NCBI GenBank assembly: GCA_951406725.2
Contig: OX597820.1
Span: 42,780,001-42,844,000 of the forward strand
DNA: 64,000 bases
From: Octopus vulgaris
Lineage: Eukaryota
Direction: 5' to 3'
Shown: in pieces, positions 41,875-55,878 of the stretch
Layout: each line of letters begins with the position of its first letter
Position numbering within the stretch: position 1 is the stretch's first letter
The notes under the pieces: generated by a model
The model's database searches: none
The model's input: only the letters and a program-made list of their open reading frames with translations
Told to the model about the DNA's origin: nothing
Program-made: the position numbers and the translations under genes

Positions 41875-42415
41875 AGAGCATCGCATGCCATCAAAGTGAT
41901 ACTGGTGTAAAATATACGAAGTATAATATACCCATCATGACTACCCGTCTGACAAGGGTACACCATCCACATGCATCACAACTATATCTGCATAACATGG
42001 TGGTCTCATATCAAGGTAAACAGCGCATAACCTTGCAGTTGTGGTCCAGTTATTATTTTCTTCAGGTCGTGGAGCCCATCCCACTCAAAAGGTGCCTGAA
42101 CAAGGTTTGTTAAGAAGGATGAGCAAAACACCCATGTTTCCAGAGGTGAATTATTCAAATCCCAAAGAATTCCTCTCAACACGTGGCTATGATGCTTCCC
42201 CACTACTTCTGCTCATGATCAGAGATACACATATCATCAGCCACTAAGGGATATGCTCAACTGGTTAAGGTCGAACAACTTACAAGCGAATCTGTGTTAT
42301 TGAGCAGAATATTTGCTGTAGCCTATCTTTTATTCCAAGACAAAGCAATGTACATGATAACACTTCGAATCAGTTAAGATCAGAAGCCATGGGATCCAGT
42401 GCCTTGTACTGCATC
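41875..42415. mobile_element. Probable interspersed repeat, unclassified, ending at (TAT)n
   Basis: Higher-GC block between a SINE and a (TAT)n tract; single copy in the window, so the call is weak. Confidence 0.3.
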
Positions 42416-42467
<52 letters not shown>

Positions 42468-42854
42468 TCATACTTGTATGCGTTTCAGGCAAAGACTGGT
42501 CATTTATATCCATATACGTTTACATACACATACACACACACGCACACACGCACACACACACGCACAGACACACACACACACAAGCACACACACACACGAA
42601 TAAATGTATCCCTATATCGCAGTGGCACGAACCTTGCAACCCTGGGGAAAAGAAATTCAAATTGAATGCATAACGTACTCTTTGACTGGTATCGAATATT
42701 CACTCGTTTGTATAAACAAATGCACACATATATGTATATCTGTGAGTCTGTCTTTCTATATGTCTATCTGTCTGTATGCACGTCTATATGTCTGTTTTCC
42801 TGTCTGTCTGTATGTCTGTCTGTCTGTATGTATGTATGTATGTATGTATGTATG

Positions 42855-42888
<34 letters not shown>

Positions 42889-44122
42889 TGTATGTATGTA
42901 TGCATGTATGAATACTGATTTATTCTTTTCAGTCACTGATATTATTGGGTACACTGAACAAAATTACGTATGCATGATCAGACGCTATGTACCGGATAAG
43001 TTATTATTTATTCATATACGGAATACCGATTCGTTTTTAACATTTTAGTTACATATCTATCTCCATATCATCTCAGAGTAAGAAGTCCGTATTAATTTCC
43101 TTTTGTACAAAAGAAAGAAAAGTAAAATAATCGTCAACACATGGTAGCTATGCAAAGCGAACCTAAAGAAATTTGCCACATCATTACTCCAAAAGGATAT
43201 CCTCGAAATAACACATCTTTATGTTGCAGCCACGGCAATCTATAAAGAAAACTAAAATATGTTAACAACAACAACCAGTATAAAGGAACACATTTTGGCC
43301 GATGGATCAAAAGGAAACCAAAAACGAAATTCAAAGACAACCCACCTCATATTGTTTTTACGGAAATCAACTACCCAACTGACGTCAGTGTGGTAAAAAT
43401 AATACAAGAGAAATAAACATCAATGCACTATTGGAGAAGAATTTAGAAACCCAGCTTCTTAATTACATTCTCAACTTTATATCCTTCGTTATTGAGGCAA
43501 CAGGATATGTACAAAACCGTAGGGTCAAAATGCGGTTGATTTTGGAGTTCAGAGAATTAGAGAACAAAAGTGAGCCAGCTACAAGAATTTCACACGCTAC
43601 AGATGATTGCCTTATCTGAAACCAAAATATCTACAAAGCTTTGAAATTTAAAGGGTGTACGGTTGCGCAAGAATCGACAAAAATAATAAGGCACAACCGA
43701 CGCCTTTCTTACTATTGTTGCTTTACAACTTTTCCTTCCACCAAATGACCGATGTGTGTGTGCGTGCGTGCTTACGTGTGTCTATGTGTGTGGAGGAGAT
43801 GTGGTTTAAAAGTTGTTCTACGAAAATAATTGATACTTCGGGCTGCCGTTCTCAATCCTTAGATCTAATCAGTTATTTATATGTTTTTTTCTACAAGAGC
43901 ACATCAAATTTGTACATTTCAGAATATCGCCGTCGTTGTTGTCAATTTGTTGTCGTCATCATCACCTCTACCTCCACCATTATGAACATCATCATCATCA
44001 TCATCATAGTTTTTATCATCGTCACCAATAACAGCAACAACATTTAAAAAATATGATATAATAATTCATATATAACGGTAAGAAGGCTAATATCTTTTGT
44101 GTATAGCGTTGTGTAAGTACTG

Positions 44123-44168
<46 letters not shown>

Positions 44169-44171
44169 AGC

Positions 44172-44497
44172 TCAGTCGAAGTCGACTTCATTTACTCGAT
44201 GGATCAGTGTCCTCCAGTCAGTTCTATCCTGGGCTGCTTCTTTCAGATTGGCTATGTCCATTCCGGTATCATTCTTGATGGTGTGAAGCCAGCGGGTTCT
44301 TGGTCGGCCTCTTCCTCTCTTGCCACTGACCATTCCGAGCATGACGTCCTCCTCCAGGGATTTTCTCCGCATAATATGACCAAAATATGCCAATCTATGC
44401 TTGGTGATCCTAGCTTCTAGCGACATTTTCGGCCTGATCTGCTTAAGAACTTCTCCATTGGTGAGCCTCGCTGTCCATGGAATCCGTAAAAGTCTGT
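44172..44497 (-). mobile_element. RTE (BovB-like) LINE 3' end, 5'-truncated
   Basis: RLLRIPWTARLTNGEVL...LAYFGHIMRRKSLEEDVMLGMVSGKRGRGRPRTRWL...QDRTDWR is a typical RTE ORF C-terminus; followed by (GATA)n at 44122-44168. Confidence 0.92.
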
Positions 44498-45175
44498 ACT
44501 GTACTGTACTGATGTAATATGTTGCCACTATTTCAGTTGATTCTGTATGAAGTTTGGTTGCTGTTGCTGTTGTCCATCTTCTTTCTGTTTACCCCCAAAT
44601 CAACACTCATATAACAGATCTATAAGCCCAATTTTTTCTAGGTTGTCAACTTTCCCTTCACCCTTTTTTTTCTCAGACATTCATGTCCCATGATCTATGT
44701 TTTTTTTTTCATAACTTTTCATATTTGAGGGTACATTTGGATGTTATGTCGTATAGTCGTCCGTCAATATATATGCCGCTTCGTAGTGCGGTTTTGTTGC
44801 GTAAAATTGTTTTAGTTTCTCAGTTGAGGCTCAAAATCGAAGCAGAGAGAATGAAAATAAAATCGAATTTATTGACATTTGGGATGCTCAATGGGTGAGG
44901 ATCTAAAAACAATAATAATAACGGCAATAACTCTAGCATCAAACCTTCACTTAAAGTATGTTACTTTTTAAATCACCTACTACTATATTCAATAAAAGAA
45001 CGTTGAACACTTTTGTCCTATATATGGTACATGTGGGGTTTTTTTGTGGAGGGGCTTGTGTGTGTGTGTGCATAAAGCAAGAAAATTTAACGGGATAGCT
45101 TTGTATTTACTCATAAATCTGCTCCACTAACGTCGACCGTCTTGTAAGAAGTTAAAGAGTAATATCAGTAACACG

Positions 45176-45958
45176 GGCGGCGAGCTGGCAGAGTCGTTAG
45201 CACGCTGGGCGAAGTCGTTAGCGGTATTTCGTCTGCCGCTATGTTCTGAGTTCGAATTCCACCGAGATCGACTTTGCCTTTCATCCTTTCGGGGTCGATT
45301 CAATAAATACCAGTTACGCACTGGGGTCTATATAATCGACTTAATCCGTTTGTCTGTCCTTGTTTGTCCTCTCTGTGTTTAGCCCCTTCTGGGTAGTAAA
45401 GAAATAGGTATTTCGTCTGCCGCTACGTTCTGAGTTCAAATTCCGCCGAGGTCGACTTTGCCTTTCCTCCTTTCAGGATCGATTAAATAAGTACCAGTTA
45501 CGCACTGGGGTCTATATAATCGATTTAATCCGTTTGTCTGTCCTTGTTCGTCCTCTCTGTGTTTAGCCCCTTGTGGGTAGTAAAGAAATAGGTATTTCGT
45601 CTGCCGCTACGTTCTGAGTTCAAATTCCGCCGAAGTCGACTTTGCCTTTCCTCCTTTCAGGATCGATTAAATAAGTACCAGTTACGCACTGGGGTCTATA
45701 TAATCTATTTAATCCGTTTGTCTGTCCTTGTTTGTCCTTTCTGTGTTTAGCCTCTTGTGTGTAGTAAAGAAATAGATATTTCGTCTGCCGCTACGTTCTG
45801 AGTTCAAATTCCGCCGAGGTCAACTTTGCCTTTCATCCTTTCCGGGTCGATTGAATAAGTAACAGTTACGCACTGGGGTCGATTTAATCGACTTAATCCG
45901 TTTGTCTGTCCTTGTTTGTCCCCTCTATGTTTAGCCTCCTGTGGGCAATAAAGAAATG
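45176..45958 (+). mobile_element. SINE family B: one head plus 4 tandem 184 bp bodies
   Basis: Head with A-box-like TGGCAGAGTCGTTA once; units start at 45223, 45407, 45591 and 45775, each with GAGTTCRAATTCC and a Nin/Deu-like GCCTTTCATCCTTTCGGGGTCGAT domain. Confidence 0.92.
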
Positions 45959-46854
45959 AATACCACTAACAACTACAACAGTAACGTCAAAATAGTAATA
46001 TTGTAAAAAACCTTACTTTAAATTCTAAGAAACAAGTGTAAGAAATATTATTTTTATAGTACATTATACAATCTGGTTTGAACACTAAAATCCTTCTATA
46101 CCAGAACAGGGAAAACCAAAACAAAGACATCGTTTGGAACTAAATATGAACAGCATTCGTTAGATTGGTCTCTTTTATGAATAACTCTATAACAAGCAAC
46201 AAAAGCAATATAAACAACACAACCAACAGCAACATGTCCAAACACAATTACAAGTACCTTTACTACCAGTATGAACACAAAATTATATCAGACAGAAAGA
46301 ATTACTTAAAACCATCACACGTTCTCCAAAATAACCTCAAGCAACACATCTACCTCTATCCCACCGCTACTATCACTGCTTTCACCACCATCACAACTGC
46401 TACTACCATCTAGAATCTTCTCACAGCTACCACCTCCCCATATTTATTGCCATGTTGCTGTCATCAATATGGTCATAATTTCCATTTTCGTCTCGATCAT
46501 TATAAAATAATATCTATTATATATAACCATCATATTATATAATAACTACTATAATATATGTAACTGTAGCATACAATTCTTACATATAACCACTACAATG
46601 ATCCACAATCCACCAGCAGTACCATCTTAACAACCACAACCTCCATCATTAGCGTTTTCTTTTCTTTATCATTGCCGACTTCGTTGTCATTATCATCAAC
46701 ATCATCATTGTCATTTTTATAGGCATTGTTTCTGCATTTGTAAACATCTTTCATGGTTGCCGATGTTATTTGTAAGCGCCACTCTCAACATCGCCGCGAA
46801 TAACATCATCTAAAGCACAGCTATTGCCATCATAATCTCTACCCTCCTCAACGC

Positions 46855-46917
46855 TCATCATCATCGTCATCATCGTCATCATTATCACCATCATAATCGT
46901 CGCCGTCGTCTTCATCG

Positions 46918-46980
<63 letters not shown>

Positions 46981-47029
46981 CCACCGTCATGGTCATCATC
47001 ATCGACGCCGTCCTCGTCATCGTCATCGC

Positions 47030-47069
<40 letters not shown>

Positions 47070-47085
47070 GTCGTCGTCATCAGCA
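46855..47085. repeat. (CAT)n/(CGT)n trinucleotide repeat
   Basis: Direct reading; source of the poly-Met ORF. Confidence 0.95.
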
Positions 47086-48086
47086 TTATATTATAATTAA
47101 CATCTTCATAGCATGGTCATTGTTATTAATCATAATCCTGTTTTTCATTATAATCATCATCACCGACATTATCAATGCAGTTATCATACTCAATGCAATT
47201 CCTAACACCAATCACCGACCATCACCAACACCACAGCCCCCCTCCCGTCCGTCACCACCACTAACCATCGCCATCATCAAGGACGTCACCACCTTTGAAA
47301 GATGATATTTATTACAGCTGCAATCAGGTGTTACATAAGAATAGTGACAATGATTTGCAGATAACAAGGAAAGAGAGCAAGGGAGAGCAAAGAAGAGAGA
47401 GAGAGGGATATTCAGAGGATGAGTAAATAATTGAATGAGCAGACGAATAAGGTAGGTGGGTTAGGTAAGGGATAGAGATGGATAACGATGACAATGAACC
47501 TGCGGCATATGGAGGAAGCCAGGCTTTTTGCAAGAGAGCTCTCAACACAAGATAGAAGAGTTTCCATAGCCTAGAGCAGTAGTGAGGAGTTATCGCAACC
47601 GGTCTCCAGCTTAGAACGCCAATTAATTCAGTTCCTTAACCAAGAATAACAAACCGAACGGCACTCTAACGCATCAACAACAAACAAAATATTACAGGCC
47701 ATTGCAAAGATCTCAGGATATATATATTAAAAAAATAAATAAATAAATATAGAAATATAGAAATGAGCAAATAAATAAATAAAAAATAATGAGTAAGAGC
47801 ATGCGAACAATAAACTGATGCGGGATATATATTAAAAAAAATGTGAGACGTCTTTTGTGTGCAAGGGGTAAAAATTCTTGTGGTTTTGTAATACTCAAGA
47901 GTGAAGTATTTTTTAATACAAACGATGTGCGTCTAAAGATCTCTTACCAAATGTTATAAATAGATCTATTAGAGAGAGGTACGTAATGTTGCGTATATAG
48001 ACACAAGCACATATGAGCACAAAGAAACTCACATACGCACACACACACACACACACGTGTGTGTGTATGCCTGTATACATATGTAA

Positions 48087-48134
<48 letters not shown>

Positions 48135-48144
<10 letters not shown>

Positions 48145-48678
48145 AAATCCGTTCTGTGTGTCTTCTAGGATCTCGAGCATCCTCCATTCAATTGCGCTCA
48201 AATTTGATATGTAGAAACCGACGGTATCAGGGCGTGTATAAATCTTTAAATAATTACTAAAATCGATTCCAGGTTAGAATGCGATCGATAAAGCCGTTTT
48301 TGTCTTGCGTTTCTTCCGTCAACCTGTACATAACTGCACCTTCTATTTTTTGTTGTTTTTGTACTACTTAAAGGCACGTTTCATTCCTACCAAGCTTACA
48401 GTTTAAACCATGTTTTTGTTCTCCCAGTCAACAGCCTTATCATTACTGGTACTTTAAACTCTTCGGTTGCATATTTGTGTGAATAAAATCGTTTTTCTTT
48501 GGAATAGATAAAAAAAGTCTATCTTTATTTCTTCTTTTGCTGGTGTCTCAAATTTAGGTTAAATCAGTGTTTCTCAAAGGGGAGGCCTATGAGACGGTCG
48601 GACAAGTTGTTTTGAGAAAATTTGGTTTAACTGTTTGACAATTCAGCACCGTCCATTGGACGGGGACGTTTTGCTCGT
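48135..48678 (+). mobile_element. Non-autonomous Helitron-like element
   Basis: Start TATATAAAATCCGTTCTGTGT shared with the 29745 (-) fragment; end hairpin CCGTCC-ATT-GGACGG then CTCG|T; (TA)n on both sides. Confidence 0.55.
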
Positions 48679-48883
48679 ATATATATATATACATACACGT
48701 AGGCACTTTCAATTTCTTTAAATTTCTTTTAAAACATTTTATTACATTTGAATTTATATGTTACGATTAACTAAATTACCATAGAATAAAGGTTCCATAC
48801 TTTATTATAATTAAGATCTGAACTGTTAATATGTGAATGTGAAAGAGATAGTTGGATAACTGTAAATCTACTTTTGCGCCATC

Positions 48884-48920
<37 letters not shown>

Positions 48921-49996
48921 GTGTGTGGGCACATATGCTTAGAAGCTGGACATTTTCGAAGCGTTACTCTGGGTTACACAAGCCGATAGTTGAATTTCTT
49001 CAGGAAAGGCTACATCGTGACAGTAAGTAAGCAAAGATTGACACAAATACATAAAAAAATGAATAACCTTCATTGAGATATGATTGATTTACAAAAGTTG
49101 AAAATTTGATATAGGCAGAGCAGGTGATATATTCATTTATTTAGATACAAAACCACGTGATATGTTTTTGTCCGCAATATTAGAAGCAACAATTATGTAA
49201 ATGCATTTAAGTATATTTGATAAACTGCCTAAAATTTTTACATGTGAGTTACTTTCTAAGTGAAATCCGTTGTATGGGAAATAAGTTGGAAATTTCTGAA
49301 TGAATATCAACAGTAGTGTCTAGAAGTATTCATCAGTTCTGAATTTCTAAAATGTCTGCAATAGAATTTCGCTCCCCCAATAAGAAACGTGGAACAAATA
49401 TTTTCAAGCCACTAATATTGGGGAGATAGAGTTTCCATAACGAATAAATCCAAATCTTGATTGTTGATATTAACACGCTTTAGACCTTGGATAGTGACGC
49501 AGTGAGGGGTCCTACAGATTTCAGCTTCATAGCTATTTCGTATTGTTTTCTACGCTTGTAACTGCATACGTTCACTAATCCGTATGTACATACATACACA
49601 CACACACACGCGCACATATATGTGTGTGTGTGTGTGTGTGTATGTATATGTACATGTATATATATATATACGTGTAAACACACACACACATATATATAAA
49701 TATATGTCAGTATATATATGTATGTATATGTATATAAATAATATACATACATATATGTGTTTATAAACATAAACATTAGTTTTTGATTCAAACAATGCGC
49801 GCGCGCGTGTGTGTGTGCGTGTGTGTGTGTGAGTGTGTGTGTATGTGTTTGTGTCTATGCGTGTTTTATTAAATGGCATGCGGCAACTACCACTAGTTTT
49901 CAGTGTTCTGACCATCGTCATTATATTCAAATCTTGTGACGATCAACATGCAGAGAGAAAACCACGGTTATATGGGAGCATGAATTTCCTTTTTGC

Positions 49997-50023
<27 letters not shown>

Positions 50024-50033
<10 letters not shown>

Positions 50034-51036
50034 GATATGTAGAAAAATACAAACTGAGACAAGAACGCATAAGAACTTAGAAGACGATACAACAAACACA
50101 GACAGGACATTCGAAGCCCTCAGTCTTCAGTCAAGAACCGGATCATCGTAGTAATTTCGGCTGATTAATCTTGAGATTACTAGAACCGGCCAGCCCTCCA
50201 GGAGAAACTAAGCAACGAGCATTAGAAAAACTAAGCTAGGAGCGTAGATTTCCTGGAAGAAGGATCGAATGCATACGAACACAAAGACAGCAAAAAGGAC
50301 GGTGCAACACGAATATAAAAAACAAAAAACAATAATGAAATACAAAAACGTGGAATACAAAAGCAATAACGGTAAAAACAGCAAGTGTCTTACGACTAAT
50401 AACAGTGCCAACGGGTCTGGCTGGCGTATTTTGGAAAAATTGCCTTAGCGGCGAATTGCCTTAGCGGCGAATTGCCTTAGCGGCGAACGAGGAACGATGT
50501 TATCACGGCGCTGGTCAGAGGCCGAAAGGCAGATTTTGGCCAGCAGTCACGTGACAGAGAAGAGAGAAAAGAAGGAAGAGAGAGAGAAGAGGGACGAAAG
50601 CAACAAGGGGGGAGAATAGAGAGAAAGAAGGAATTAGAGAGGGTAGAAGGGATGGGTGTCAAAGATTGACCTGTGAGTGCAAAGGAAGACAAAGAAATGG
50701 AAGGGTAGGGGAAGAGTAGACCAAAGAATCAGAGGCAAGAGAAGAGAAAAAGAGGGATGAGTAGAGAGAAAAGAGAGAGAAGGGGACAGATCAACGTAGA
50801 ATGCGAAGTAAATGTAAGAGAGAGAGAGAGAAACAAACAAAGTGTAGAGTCGTACCAAATTTACAAGAATATGTGCTCACATAAGTGTTAAGGAGGTGAC
50901 GTGACGCCAGGAATATATATTATGATATGTAGAAAAATACAAACTGAGACAAGAACGCATAAGAACTTAGAAGACGATACAACAAACACAGACAGGACAT
51001 TCGAAGCCCTCAGTCTTCAGTCAAGAACCGGATCAT
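50024..51036. mobile_element. Non-coding element with ~120 bp terminal direct repeats (period 890 bp) in (TA)n
   Basis: 50024-50146 identical to 50914-51036; no TG..CA ends; GA-rich interior; 3 x 16 bp AATTGCCTTAGCGGCG at 50438-50485. Confidence 0.75.
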
Positions 51037-51056
51037 ATATATATATATATATATAT

Positions 51057-51614
<558 letters not shown>

Positions 51615-51626
51615 CGCAGGAGTGGC

Positions 51627-51675
<49 letters not shown>

Positions 51676-51699
51676 CGACTGATCTATTAGCATTTTGTT

Positions 51700-52010
51700 A
51701 GGCAAATGGCCTAGTGGTTAGGGCAGCGGAGTCGAATTGGTAGGGTCGCGGTTTCGAATCCTAGACCGGGCGTTGTGAGTGTTTATTGATTGAAAACACC
51801 CAAACCTCCACGAGCCCGAGAAAGCGGGTGGTGGCGAAAGATGCTGTACTCTTTCAACACAACTTTCTCTCGCTCTTTCTTTCTGTTGTACCTATATTTC
51901 AAAGAGCTGAATCTCCCAGAGAGCTACGTTAAGGGTATATCTGTATGTGAAGTTCTCAGCCACTTGTACATACATTTCACGAGCAGGCTGTTCCGTTGAT
52001 CGGATCAACT
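51700..52010 (+). mobile_element. tRNA-derived SINE, family D
   Basis: A-box TGGCCTAGTGG 51707-51717 and B-box-like GGTTTCGAATCC 51750-51761, followed by a non-tRNA body. Confidence 0.7.
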
Positions 52011-54779
52011 TGATGCCACAATGTAGAAATATATTCGAGATCTTTTTTTATCTTTAGGCTATTGCAGATAATATATGCGTAACTGCAGATAACATATTTT
52101 TCGTGTATTTAATATTTAATGCTGAAGCTAGAAAATTTCCATGCCTTTTTGCATCATCTGTGCAAATTTCTAAGAGACCATCTTAATTATATTAATGGGT
52201 AACAGCACTAAGCAGTTACCAGTTTAAATATACTTTGGGCATATTCGAACCTGTATTAAAGACATTCACCGTATAAACACAAATTCCATATTTTATGTCA
52301 CCCCCTATTTCATCCACTACGAGCCACTTAATAATTTAACCAATCATTGAACGTTGACAGTAGTATCATAAGAGGAATCAGTCTCTCGTGTAGGTCACAG
52401 CATCAGACTTGCCAGTCTCTGTTGCTGAGAGGACGTAACCATTACGAAATGCATGTATCCCATAGTCTGGTTGGTAACGCTGAGAAATGACTCGGTGTAT
52501 TTACATATATTTATCTACAGCGAGAAATTTTTCGAGTTTAAATATGCCTCAAGTGTATTTGAACTAGTAATAAGTTTGTAGTAAATATATTATATTTGAA
52601 GATTCCATAAGAAGAAGGATGGTGAATGAAAATAGCCTTCATTTCTAATTACCAGGGAAGGGTGGGACAAAGAGAAACAGAGCTACTTGTAGTTTAGAAA
52701 TCGAACCAAAGATGAATTCCTTCAATCCATTTTTCAGCTATTTCACTAAGTTCTTTTTTGTTTTTAATTTGGCAAGCTACACTTGACTGAAAATATAGCA
52801 ACTGATCTGCAAGCCCGGTTAGAAGGTAGTCTACGAAGGTAGACAAGTAGAGTGTGTCTGTCCATAGGTGACCTTTTCATGCAAAAAATATTAAATTGTC
52901 CACGAAATTACAAGTATCCACCTATGCGAAATATACAGACGCACTTTTTATCTCTTATTGTGTGTTTGTGTGTGGTGTGTAAAAGGTGTGTGGTGTGTAT
53001 GTGTGTATGTGGTGTGTGTGTGAGAGAGAAAGGGAGAGAGAGAGAAAGAGAGAGAGAGTTGTTTAGCGGTGGAGAGTCAATTTTTGTTTTTACTTAAGAA
53101 GGGAGTGATCGCATTTCTTTTTGGCTGAGATATAGATTGTCACTGACAGGTCACCGAGATCATGTAGCGAGGGAAAACTTATTGTAAGCCGCTATTTTAA
53201 GTTAAAGGATTTTGAGTTAGAAAATTTAGTGTCTATTGAAATACCTTCATGCTCCATATTTGTCGGCCTTGTGCCTACATTAAACATGGTTATTATTATT
53301 TTTAATGTAGTTGTTATTGCTTCGTACTCTGCTACACATCGGACAGTCCTTTGATTGTTTCAGTAACATATAGCATTTCTTTATTCTTGGAATAAGTTGC
53401 TAGAGACTCGCTCAGCATTTCTACATTCCTGGAGAAAAGGATGCCCTAATTTTTTCATACCAAAAAACCCTACAGCGCATGAGAGGGACTATCGACTGAG
53501 AGGTAGAGGCAGCATGAGAGAAAGGTCTCTCTTAGAGTTGACTGGTAATTTTGAAAATGAAAAGACATGATCAACTCAGTGGGATTTGAATTCAGAGTAA
53601 ATAAGAGCTGAAATACATAACAAAAGGCATTCTATCCGCCTCTTTAATGACTCTACCAACTCGACCCGAGTATTAAAACGTTACTTGAAGTTGATAGACA
53701 GTAATCAAACACATCAGAACAATGTAAAAGAATACACAAAAGAGTGGAAGCAGTACATGCAATATTTATTGTTAGTTAACAAAAATTAATGTGTAAAAAT
53801 AAAATACAGGCAATAACATACTTGTTTGATGCCGTGGTAGACAGAATTCAGATATGGATAATGCTTTTCCTTTGAAACAAACATAATTGTTATATAAGAT
53901 AATATAAAATGATTCACATAACTTTCATTATAGTGGCAGAGCTTGATTACAAAAACTCTTTTCAATACAAGTTCTGTGTAACCAGGGTGGGTTAGGGGGT
54001 TTAGCAGAATTTCATACTGTTCCACTTATAATGCATTTTTCAAAGTGGACAGAATCTACTAATTCAGTGAGATAATTATAAATAAATATTGGTTAATCGT
54101 AATTTTATTATACATAAATCGAACGTTTAATGAGCGTATTCTTCAAAGAAAACATGTTTATTTATGAAATGATAAATTCTTTCTGAACAAACAAGAATAC
54201 CTCCCTCCAGTAAACCAAAGAAACAAAATGGGCCAAAGGATGTGCAACTACATGGTCGCTCGACCTGCTAGAAATTGTTGGTAAATCGCCGTCGAATTAC
54301 AATATACTCGCTTAAAAATTGGATACAACACATTAGAAGTATCGGTATGTGACGTTAACCATTTCTTTGTATTGACCCTTTCTCTGCATCTGTAGCAGTA
54401 GGTCGTGGTACAGATTTTTCGGGAAAGTTTAGCAGTTTCCTGTGCTTACATATCTCCTTTTTCCATGCCAACCCATACCAACGTTGTTGTCAAAGAGAAG
54501 CTCCACTGCTTTAGGGACGAAAAAGGCTTGGCACTTGTGCCGTCCTCATCGTTACACTCACAAAGAAAAAGGCCGAAACTACAAGGCAACTTGTCGGACA
54601 CTCTGACATCTCCGGAAATCTCCCACCTGAATTGATACAGTTTATGGTTCCAGAAACGGATGGAAATTCTCTACAGTGGGGTTTGCAATCAGAGTATAGA
54701 GATTCGAAACAAGTATTGATTTAAAAAGTATGTTGGCATGCCGACTTGTAAAACATAGTAAGTAATGCTGTTTCACACA

Positions 54780-55230
54780 CCCTTAAATACAAGTGGATTA
54801 CAGGAGTCGCAGCACTCACTCTGTCTGAAAGCGCAACTGAAACTACGCAACACCCTTCATTTCCAATACCACACATCTCTAAGTAGTCCAATAATCACCG
54901 TTCACATTTTTAAACACTCCGATGACAGTATTGCCAATCTTATTCACTGCGTTATATATTTTCATTAAAATAAAGCTGTATATAGATATGGGAGATAGAT
55001 TCAGCGAAAATCTACAAAATGTCCGCAGTAACGCCACTGACATCGTATGACCTACAGCCCGGCATCTTAAGTCACTTGGTTCCCCGCCACCCACTGACTC
55101 CATAACCGCTCTACCCTATAATAGTAAGTAACCAGCAAGTTACTTGAGCAATAATTTATTCTCGATAATTTATTCTCTAACACTACACAGACATTTCGCT
55201 TCCATCGAATTCCACCACACATCTCACTCC
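54780..55230 (+). pseudogene. Penelope-like element GIY-YIG endonuclease relic
   Basis: ANLIHCVIY / KLYID..GDRFSENLQNVR..PTARHL (cf. ANVIYCIxC..LYIGET..GDRFxEH..PVARHF) with frameshifts and stops. Confidence 0.65.
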
Positions 55231-55654
55231 TGATCTACTGTATTTCTCTTAATTTAACGAGTCAACCTTGTTATTTCTTTATAATTTTTTGTATGTATAC
55301 ACGTTACTGGTTATTTCACTCTACAGCCCCAGCCCTTCTTCCCCAAATCGTTCATACCAGCCAACTACCACCCTTATTAACTCGCACTATGCATCCGCTT
55401 CTGGTCAGTTTCTCATACCAGCTACCTTTTCTTGAACCCCTATCGCTAATTTATTGTCATCATCTCTTCATCTCATTCCTATCTGTAATTTTTAAGCGAT
55501 TGACTCCTTCTTCGAATTTGTCAACCAATATTTGAGCATTCCATTGAAGGATCTCTCTCCGAATTTTCAAGTATCCTCTATTCCTCACATGAGCAATATT
55601 GTACATTAATTTGCAAAGTTCAAATCATACGAAAAGACCCCATGAACCAGCAAT

Positions 55655-55878
55655 TTTATTCTTTTATTCTTTTACTTGTTTCAGTCATTTAACTGCGGCC
55701 ATGCTGAAGCACCACCTTTAGTCGAACAAATCGACCCCAAAACTTATTCTTTGTAAGCCTAGTACTTATTCTATCGCTCTCTTTAGCCGAACCGTTATGT
55801 TACGAGGACGTAAACACACTAATAAGGATTGTCAAATGATGGTAGGGGTACAAACACAGACACACAAATATATATATA
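55655..55878 (-). mobile_element. SINE family A, 3' half only
   Basis: Stops at the internal (TA)n spacer, where a Helitron end begins. Confidence 0.85.

Noticed and set aside
45223-45958. CRISPR-like regular array
   Set aside because: Whole 184 bp units repeat with no unique spacers, no cas genes are present, and the unit is a dispersed SINE.
50095-50140. Hammerhead on the minus strand (CUGAAGA...CGAAUGUC)
   Set aside because: GAAA box reads GAAU, stem II is poor and the flanks cannot form stem I.
51700-51775. tRNA gene
   Set aside because: A/B boxes are present but there is no convincing acceptor stem or poly-T terminator, and it continues into a SINE-like body.
54405-54635. 76 aa non-repetitive ORF as a host exon
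   Set aside because: No recognisable homology, weak splice signals, and adjacent to a Penelope-like relic.
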